23,282 bases of DNA. It comes from a bacterium (GTDB taxonomy: Bacteria; Margulisbacteria; WOR-1; O2-12-FULL-45-9; XYB2-FULL-48-7). Shown here piece after piece: positions 16,528 to 23,282 of the stretch; the first letter of the stretch is position 1, and each line of letters opens with the position of its first letter. The translations under genes were made by a program, and so were the position numbers. Under the pieces are notes generated by a model that worked only from the letters and a program-made list of their open reading frames with translations, made no database searches and was not told where the DNA came from. Location of the stretch: NCBI GenBank assembly GCA_043812655.1, contig JBDRLW010000015.1:1-23282 (forward strand). Reading direction: 5' to 3'.

Positions 16528-18114
16528 GTGAAAAAGTTTTGGGTGCCGCTAACTGCCGCCGGCCTTTTCCTGCTCACTGTCGCTATCATGCTCTTTTTTT
16601 CGCTCAAGGAAAATCAGGGCCACTTTGTTTACGCGCTCGACGACGCCTATATCCACATGGCCATGGCCAAAAACTTTGTTTTACATGGCATCTGGGGTGT
16701 CACCCCGGAAGGCTTTTCTTCTTCTACTTCCGCCCCTTTTTGGGTCCTGCTCTTATCAGCCACCTACCTACTTTTTGGCATTAATATTTATAGCCCGCTA
16801 ATAATAAATATTATCTGCGCCCTCTTGATCATTTTCTTGGCAAATAGCCTATTATCTCGCTATAAAATTGCTCCCCACTATTTATTTTTTACTTTACTTG
16901 GAATTATTTATTTTACTTCCCTCCCAGCTTTGACCCTTTCCGGCATGGAACACCTTTTACACCTCTTACTTTCCTTGGGTTTTGTCATGATCATCACAAA
17001 CAAGAAATTAACCAGAAAAAAATTTATCGCTCTATTCATTTTAACTTCCGCGTTAGCTATTACTCGTTATGAAAGCCTATTTTTAATTTTCGTTGCCGGC
17101 ATCTATTTGCTGGCCAGGAAACAATGGAGGATAGCCGGCGGTTTGGCGACTTGCGCTATCATACCGATCATTATTTACGGCTTGGTCTCTATTTATAACG
17201 GGTGGCTTTTTTTCCCCAACTCTATCATGGTCAAAAGCAATCTTGCTTTGGTTAACCAACCACAGGAGATCCTTAATATTTTTAGCCTAGCAATAATAAA
17301 CAACTTATTTAACTCGCCGTATTTAGCCGCCTTACTCCTAATGTCTTTTACCTGCTTTGTTTATCGCTGGCTAGAGCGCCTACCCTGGGAAGATGTTTAT
17401 TCACAGCTTTTAATTTGTGCCTTTGCTTCGCTTTTACATTTACAGTTCGCCAAGATCGGCTGGTTTTGGCGTTATGAGGCTTATCTTATCGCTTTGCTTT
17501 TTTTATTTGTTGCCCTTGTTATCTTCCGGGCTCTTTCCCAAAAAACTTCAACCAAGCTAATGATCTTATTGGGATTGTTTTTGCTAACCTGCTTTCTTTT
17601 GCTGTTTAGGGCCAGGATATTTTTGGCCTTCTCTTACCAGTCATTAAATGACCGATACTTAGAACATTATTATCCCGCCCAATTCTTGGCTAAATATTAT
17701 AATGACCAGCCAATTTTAACTAACGACATTGGGATGATCGCTTATTACACCAATTGTAAAATTGTCGATATTTATTCCCTGGCCAACAAGGAAACAGCTT
17801 ACATAGTCGATAAAGACACAGGCCGCCTTCGGCTTTTACGTTATACCAACGAACGGCCTTCAGCTGTTGACCTAGCCGCGTGGGTGAAACTTAAAGATCC
17901 GATACTCGCCGTTTTGCATTATGATGGCGATTTGTCATCGATTCCTAAGAACTGGGCAAAGGTTGCCACTTGGGAGGTTCCCAGGAATGTGCTTTACGAA
18001 AATAAATATATAAGCTTTTTTGTGATCGACCCATCCTATAAAAAGGCTTTAACGAAGAACATTCGAACCTTTGTCCTAACCCTGCCAAAACAGCTAAAAC
18101 ATGATAAAATTTAG
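16528..18114 (+). CDS. Polytopic GT-C-fold glycosyltransferase-like membrane protein
   Basis: Acidic LDDAYIH motif after TM1, SGME, TRYE, many TM helices, and a soluble C-terminal DIGMIAYY...IVDIYSLAN domain. Confidence 0.65.
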   Translation: MKKFWVPLTAAGLFLLTVAIMLFFSLKENQGHFVYALDDAYIHMAMAKNFVLHGIWGVTPEGFSSSTSAPFWVLLLSATYLLFGINIYSPLIINIICALLIIFLANSLLSRYKIAPHYLFFTLLGIIYFTSLPALTLSGMEHLLHLLLSLGFVMIITNKKLTRKKFIALFILTSALAITRYESLFLIFVAGIYLLARKQWRIAGGLATCAIIPIIIYGLVSIYNGWLFFPNSIMVKSNLALVNQPQEILNIFSLAIINNLFNSPYLAALLLMSFTCFVYRWLERLPWEDVYSQLLICAFASLLHLQFAKIGWFWRYEAYLIALLFLFVALVIFRALSQKTSTKLMILLGLFLLTCFLLLFRARIFLAFSYQSLNDRYLEHYYPAQFLAKYYNDQPILTNDIGMIAYYTNCKIVDIYSLANKETAYIVDKDTGRLRLLRYTNERPSAVDLAAWVKLKDPILAVLHYDGDLSSIPKNWAKVATWEVPRNVLYENKYISFFVIDPSYKKALTKNIRTFVLTLPKQLKHDKI

Positions 18115-18116
18115 TC

Positions 18117-18788
18117 ATGACCCACACGCCAAATATCTCGATCGTCATCCCAACACTGAATGAAGCGGAAAACCTGCCGCTGGTCCTAGAAAGTTTGGCT
18201 CCTTTAAAAAGCGAGATCATCGTCGTTGACGGCCACTCGACCGACCAGACAACTACGATCGCCTCTAAGTTCGGGGCCAAGATATTGTTTGACGATAAAG
18301 GGAAAGGCTCGGCCCTGCGCCAAGGCCTGGCCGCCGCGACCGGCGATATTATTATCATGATGGATGCCGATTGTTCCCATGTCTCTTCAGAGATCGGCTT
18401 GTTGGTCGCCGGGATCATGGCCGGTTACGACGTTTGCATGGGCTCCCGTTTCCTCCAAGGGGGTGGGAGCGACGATATCACTTTTATCAGGAAATTGGGC
18501 AATAAGGCTTTAGTCATGGTCGTTAATCTTATTTGGCGCCAAAATTATTCCGACCTTTGTTACGGTTATCGGGCGTTTAAGCGTGAAGTTGTCCCTGGGC
18601 TCAACCTTGAATCCGATGGTTTTGGCATAGAAACCGAAATTTCGATCAAAGCGGCTAAAAGAAAACTTAGGAGCCTAGAAGTCCCTAGCTTTGAAAAACA
18701 CCGCTTCCGCGGCGTCGGCAAATTAAAGGTTATCCGCGACGGTTTTATCGTCCTTTCCCGGATCTTAAAGGAACTTATTACTAATTAA
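18117..18788 (+). CDS. GT2 glycosyltransferase, DPM1-like (polyprenol-phosphate sugar synthase)
   Basis: Motifs SIVIPTLNE, VVDGHSTD, GKGSAL, MDADCSH, GSRF and DLCYGYRAF. Confidence 0.88.
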   Translation: MTHTPNISIVIPTLNEAENLPLVLESLAPLKSEIIVVDGHSTDQTTTIASKFGAKILFDDKGKGSALRQGLAAATGDIIIMMDADCSHVSSEIGLLVAGIMAGYDVCMGSRFLQGGGSDDITFIRKLGNKALVMVVNLIWRQNYSDLCYGYRAFKREVVPGLNLESDGFGIETEISIKAAKRKLRSLEVPSFEKHRFRGVGKLKVIRDGFIVLSRILKELITN

Positions 18789-19847
18789 ATGGCTTTCCCA
18801 TTATTTACGCTTGGTAAAAACATCCTCCTCTCAAACTTCAAACCACCAACTACAAACTACAAACTAACCTTTGCCATTACTTATCGCTGCAACGCCCGCT
18901 GTTCAACTTGCGGCATTTGGCAAAAGGCAACGCAGCCGGAACTGTCATTACCTGAAATAGAAACTTTTTTTAAGCGGAACTCTTTTTCTTGGATCAATTT
19001 AACTGGCGGTGAACCATTTTTACACCCCAAATTAACCGAGATGATCAGCCTTATTCAGTCTACCAACCCTGACCTCTTTTTTTTAAATACTACCTCTAAT
19101 GGCCTTGCTACCAATGATATTCTAACTAAAGCGGAAGCCCTCTGCTCTTTTGTTAAATTACCCAAGTTCGCCATCGGTATAAGTTTGGAAGGCCCGCCGG
19201 AGATCGACGGGAAGATCAGAAATATGCCGGGGAGCTTTGCTAAAAGTTTACAAACCTTTAAGGGGCTGCTGGAGATCTTCAAAAACACAAATTATCAACC
19301 CTTTATCAGTTATACGATCTCTCCGCAAAACGTCGGGCATTTGGAAGAAACTATTAGGTCGATCAGAGCGGAAATCCCCAGCTTTAAATTGAACCAATTT
19401 CACGCCAATCTCTTTCATCATTCCAACCATTATTATGGCAATGTTAATTACAAACTAGACGACAATTTCGCCGTTAAAGCCACAGAAGAAATTAAAGCTT
19501 TTTTAGCTATTTATCGCCAGGGATTAAACCCGGACGCTTGGCTGGAAAAAAAATATCTCTCCCTCCTCCCTAAATACTTGGAGCAGAAAAAGACCCCGCT
19601 CCCCTGCCAAGCCTTGCGGGCGTCATGTTTTCTTGATCCGCAAGGGAATATTTTCCCCTGTTCTATGTACGATAAAAAACTGGGGAATATTAAAGAATTT
19701 GACTATAAACTAGCTAACTTATGGCCAGCCAAGGTCAGCCAAGAAACCCGGGAGATCATCGCCAAATACAATTGCCCCAACTGTTGGACCCCATGCGAGG
19801 CCTATCAGACAATCTTGGGGAATATGCTAAAATCAATAAGATCATGA
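18789..19847 (+). CDS. Radical SAM protein with SPASM/twitch C-terminal domain
   Basis: CNARCSTC, LTGGEP, and C-terminal CQAL...GNIFPC...CPNCWTPC. Confidence 0.88.
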   Translation: MAFPLFTLGKNILLSNFKPPTTNYKLTFAITYRCNARCSTCGIWQKATQPELSLPEIETFFKRNSFSWINLTGGEPFLHPKLTEMISLIQSTNPDLFFLNTTSNGLATNDILTKAEALCSFVKLPKFAIGISLEGPPEIDGKIRNMPGSFAKSLQTFKGLLEIFKNTNYQPFISYTISPQNVGHLEETIRSIRAEIPSFKLNQFHANLFHHSNHYYGNVNYKLDDNFAVKATEEIKAFLAIYRQGLNPDAWLEKKYLSLLPKYLEQKKTPLPCQALRASCFLDPQGNIFPCSMYDKKLGNIKEFDYKLANLWPAKVSQETREIIAKYNCPNCWTPCEAYQTILGNMLKSIRS

Positions 19848-21520
19848 AAATCCTAGGCATTTGGGACGGGCACGACGCCGGCGCCGCGATCATTGAGAGG
19901 GATGAGATCAAGGTTGCCTTTAATGAAGAAAGGCTCTCCAGAAGAAAGCTTGATGTCGGCTTCCCTACCCTGGCAATTAAAGCTTGTTTAGATTATTTAA
20001 AGTTATCGCCTCAAGAGATTGACGTTGTCGCTACTACTACTTCCGATCTTTCCAAGACTTTAACCAGGTTCTTTCCCTCGCTTAAAGAGAAATATTACTT
20101 GATCCGGCGGCGCCAAAGCACCCCTCGCTTCATGCTCTTCCAAAAGCAGATTAAATATCTTTTGACTGAATTTGGGCCTAACCCCATAACTACTGATTTA
20201 AGTAACTGGCAAATAAAAAAGGAATTAGCCAAATTAGGCTTTGCCAACTACCAATATTATATGGTCGACCATCATCTGGCTCACGCCGCGACCTGCTTCT
20301 GTTCTGGGTTTAATAAAGGCCTCGCCTTGTCAATTGACGGGGTTGGCGACGGACTTTCGGCCAGCGTTAATCGTTTTAGCCACGGGAAGATCGAAAGGCT
20401 GGAAGCGATCGGGGCTAAAGACTCGCTCGGCATCTTCTTTGAACATGTCACCAACCTGCTTAACATGCGCGAGCTGGAGGATGAAGGTAAAGTCATGGCC
20501 TTGGCCGATTTTGCTTATGACCTGAACGCTAATCCGATGTTGGAATTGTTTACCGTCGAAGGAATGAAGATCAAAGCGGCGGTCCCAACCTCAAAAATGA
20601 AATCCATCCTGGAAAAGATATTGTGGGCAACACCAGCCGAGCAATTTGCCCGGATGGCGCAAGACGCGTTGGAGCATTTTTTAATTAAGTGGGTGGAAAA
20701 TTGCCTTCGAGAAACTGGCGAAGCGCAGATCTCTCTCTCCGGCGGGGTCGCTTCCAATATTAAAGCCAACCAGAAGATCAGGCGCTTGCCCCAGGTTAAA
20801 GACTGGTTTGTTTTCCCCCATATGGGCGATGGGGGCCTGGCGATCGGCGCGGCACTTTATATCAACTCTAAACTGAACAACGTCGCCAATTATAAATTTG
20901 ACAATATCTATTTTGGTAAAGATTATTCTAATGAAGAGATCGAAACGGCGTTAAAACAAAAAGGGCTTAAATATTCCAAAGAAGCTGATATTGCCGCTGT
21001 TGCCGCCAAGCTCCTAGCTGAAGAAAATATTGTTTTTTGGTTCCAAGGGCGGATGGAGCTGGGGCCTCGAGCCTTGGGGAATCGGAGCATTTTGGCCAAA
21101 GCTGATTCAGAAAAATGTAAAAATGATCTCAACTTGAAGATCAAAAAACGGGTTTGGTACCAACCATTTTGCCCAACCCTGCTGGAAGAAAATATTCAGG
21201 ACTATATATCCGACTATAGCCATCAGCCTGACCGGTTCATGACCATGGGTTACAGCGTCAAAGCTGACCTAAAGAACAGCTTGAAAGCGGTCGTTAATGT
21301 CGACGGCTCCTGCCGCCCCCAAATGCTGGGGAAAGAGAATCCAAAATTCCGAAAACTCCTCGAAGCTTACCAAAAATTAACCGGCCAAAGCATCATCTTA
21401 AATACCAGCTTCAACCAGCATGGCGAACCGATCGTTGAAAGCCCGGCTAATGCGAGCGAAACGTTCATTAAAACCAAAAACAAATATCTAGCCATTGGTG
21501 ATTTCCTAGCGGTGCAATGA
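19844..21520 (+). CDS. Carbamoyltransferase, NodU/CmcH/TobZ family
   Basis: MKILGI..GHDAGAA, EERLSR, HHLAHA, DGVGD, EGKVMALA, GGVASN, GRMELGPRALGNRSIL and NTSFN. ATG 19844 overlaps the upstream stop (ATGA). Confidence 0.93.
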   Translation: MKILGIWDGHDAGAAIIERDEIKVAFNEERLSRRKLDVGFPTLAIKACLDYLKLSPQEIDVVATTTSDLSKTLTRFFPSLKEKYYLIRRRQSTPRFMLFQKQIKYLLTEFGPNPITTDLSNWQIKKELAKLGFANYQYYMVDHHLAHAATCFCSGFNKGLALSIDGVGDGLSASVNRFSHGKIERLEAIGAKDSLGIFFEHVTNLLNMRELEDEGKVMALADFAYDLNANPMLELFTVEGMKIKAAVPTSKMKSILEKILWATPAEQFARMAQDALEHFLIKWVENCLRETGEAQISLSGGVASNIKANQKIRRLPQVKDWFVFPHMGDGGLAIGAALYINSKLNNVANYKFDNIYFGKDYSNEEIETALKQKGLKYSKEADIAAVAAKLLAEENIVFWFQGRMELGPRALGNRSILAKADSEKCKNDLNLKIKKRVWYQPFCPTLLEENIQDYISDYSHQPDRFMTMGYSVKADLKNSLKAVVNVDGSCRPQMLGKENPKFRKLLEAYQKLTGQSIILNTSFNQHGEPIVESPANASETFIKTKNKYLAIGDFLAVQ

Positions 21521-23184
21521 TGAAAATGATAAAAGATAATTTTTTTGCCCTTCTCCCTGTTGCTTCTGTCCTCATGTTGATCTATTTAATCAGTCGGCTG
21601 ATCATCCAGCCTTCGGCTCAGCTCTTTTTAGGTTCCATTGTCGCTTATACTTTGCGGTTTAATTTGCTTGTTATCGTTGTCCTTGGCTTTCTCTCATATA
21701 AGGCCTTTATCTCTTCGTTTAACAAGATCACCCTGACGACTTGGTTGTTACTGGGCGTGATCTTGGCTGGAGGTTTTTACCAATTTTGGGTTGCTTCGCC
21801 CCTCACCCATCGCGTTTATTTTGATGAAGATCTCTACATCGTTATCGCCCAGAACATTGCCGCCTCAAACAAAGCCTTAAAAACCAATTTGGGGACTCCC
21901 ACTAGCTGCATTGAAGGTGAATACAATAAAGATCCGAGCGGGATGCCGGCGGTAGTCAGCATCCCTTTTTCTCTTTTTGGTCCGAGTGAATATTTAGCTT
22001 CGAGGGTCACGGTCGTTATCAGCCTGTTAAACGTCTTGCTGGCTTTTCTCTTGGCCTATCTCCTCTTTAAAAACCAGGTGATCGCCCTCTTTTCTGGTTT
22101 GATCTTTATCCTTCTACCAGAAAATATTATCTGGGCATCGACGGTCGCGGCTGAACCCTATCAGCTCTTTTTTGCCGGGCTCACTTTGCTTGGCCTTGTT
22201 CTATTTAAGCAGACAAGAAACAAATATCTCCTGATGTTTACACTCGCATCGCTGGCTTATGCCGCCCAAGTAAGGATCGAGGGGATCCTCCTCCTTGTCC
22301 CGGTTAGCTTATATTTAATGGTGCATTTTGATCTAGAAAAAGAGAAGAAAAGCAAGTTTTTTGTCGCCAGTTTCATTCTTTTCTTTTTGCTTATCTTGCC
22401 CCAAGCCTTTAGCCAAAGCGCTTTCAAGGGTGAAAATTGGGGGGCCGGCAGCTTACCGATGTTTGGCTTTATTCATTTTTTCCATAATTTTCAAACCAAT
22501 TTTGCGTTCTTTTTTGAAAATACCAGGACACCACTCCTTGTCACCCTATTAGCCATTGTCGGGTTCTTTCCCTTAAGAGAAAAAATAAGAACCAAACTGC
22601 TCCTAAGTTCTTTTTTTGCCGTTTTTTTCGGGATCTTTCTTTTTTTCTACGCCGGCAGTTATAATTATGGGACCGACGTTAGATTTTCTCTGATCTTAAA
22701 CCTTCCACTCTCCATTATGGCCGCTGTCGTCTGCCAAAAAATAAGGGTTTTCTTTTTAGGCCGCTTACCTTCTCTTCTGGCCTACACAATTATCTTTGCC
22801 TGTCTGTTTTTATCGTTCCTTTCGGTCTTTAATTGCATCCCGCTCGGGGAAGAATCGATCGAAGGGCGTTACTCCCATGATTACATGGTCGCATGCCTGC
22901 GCGCCCTGCCAAAGAACAGCTATCATTTTTCCTATGACCCTTGTATCGCCGTCATAAATGGCCAAGGCGGCGGCCAAACCTTCTATCTCCTGCAGCCGGA
23001 TAAAATGAAAAAAGTTTTTGCTTCGGCCAAGCACGTTTATCTCTTTCGCGATATCTGGAGCCATTTACCCCCCTTCAAAGATGAGTGGCACCGGTTTTAC
23101 TCCAGCCATAAGATCAAATATATAACCGGCTCAACTTTTCGCAATAAGGCCTATAATTTATATGAGATCTTTGAGAACCGCTAA
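21517..23184 (+). CDS. ArnT/PMT-like (GT-C fold) membrane glycosyltransferase
   Basis: YFDEDLY acidic loop motif, many TM segments, AE and RIE motifs, and a soluble C-terminal domain. ATGA overlap with the carbamoyltransferase. Confidence 0.7.
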   Translation: MMKMIKDNFFALLPVASVLMLIYLISRLIIQPSAQLFLGSIVAYTLRFNLLVIVVLGFLSYKAFISSFNKITLTTWLLLGVILAGGFYQFWVASPLTHRVYFDEDLYIVIAQNIAASNKALKTNLGTPTSCIEGEYNKDPSGMPAVVSIPFSLFGPSEYLASRVTVVISLLNVLLAFLLAYLLFKNQVIALFSGLIFILLPENIIWASTVAAEPYQLFFAGLTLLGLVLFKQTRNKYLLMFTLASLAYAAQVRIEGILLLVPVSLYLMVHFDLEKEKKSKFFVASFILFFLLILPQAFSQSAFKGENWGAGSLPMFGFIHFFHNFQTNFAFFFENTRTPLLVTLLAIVGFFPLREKIRTKLLLSSFFAVFFGIFLFFYAGSYNYGTDVRFSLILNLPLSIMAAVVCQKIRVFFLGRLPSLLAYTIIFACLFLSFLSVFNCIPLGEESIEGRYSHDYMVACLRALPKNSYHFSYDPCIAVINGQGGGQTFYLLQPDKMKKVFASAKHVYLFRDIWSHLPPFKDEWHRFYSSHKIKYITGSTFRNKAYNLYEIFENR

Positions 23185-23282
23185 TTTGCCACCCCCCCAA
23201 ACCCCCCCCGCCGATCGATCCACAACCCAACCGGGGTGGGGGGGTTGATAAAAAAAACAAAAAAAAAAAAAAACACAACCCC
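23185..23282. other. Low-complexity homopolymer tail, probably a contig-end artefact
   Basis: Abrupt switch to long C, G and A runs right after the last stop codon, at the window end. Confidence 0.6.

Noticed and set aside
701..22552. Numerous short antisense or overlapping ORFs in the ORF track (e.g. 701-1102, 3417-3809, 8765-9154, 9725-10201, 16380-16784, 17945-18418)
   Set aside because: They are shadows of well-supported genes and have no recognisable motifs.
23185..23282. C-rich/G-rich hairpin plus A-run as a terminator or G-quadruplex
   Set aside because: Homopolymer-rich sequence at the very end of the window looks like low-quality contig-end sequence and cannot be trusted.

Overview
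Bacterial window with three parts. (1) Housekeeping left end: a 5'-truncated GNAT, a DHA1/TetA-like MFS transporter, and glyQ-glyS. (2) A ~11.8-kb minus-strand accessory operon (4652-16436) that looks like a complete SynChlorMet-type radical-SAM RiPP system. It has two tandem Cys/Gly-rich precursor peptides (YExPKLxDLQ leader, four CxxG repeats each), an HPr-kinase-like ScmC, two rSAM/SPASM enzymes (ScmE, ScmF), a soluble Ser-His S26 peptidase, a PqqD/RRE (ScmD), an ABC exporter and a nucleotidyltransferase. These are followed by tightly coupled GT87-like and degenerate sulfatase-like membrane genes. An AAA+/DUF4143 gene with its own perfect sigma70 promoter and a palindromic operator interrupts the cassette. 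(3) A divergent plus-strand envelope glycosylation operon: GT-C, DPM1-like GT2, radical SAM, carbamoyltransferase, GT-C. Non-coding signals include several apparently leaderless promoters, 7-nt-periodic tracts both between and inside genes, and frequent CGATCG. Family assignments come from motif recognition by eye; no searches were run.
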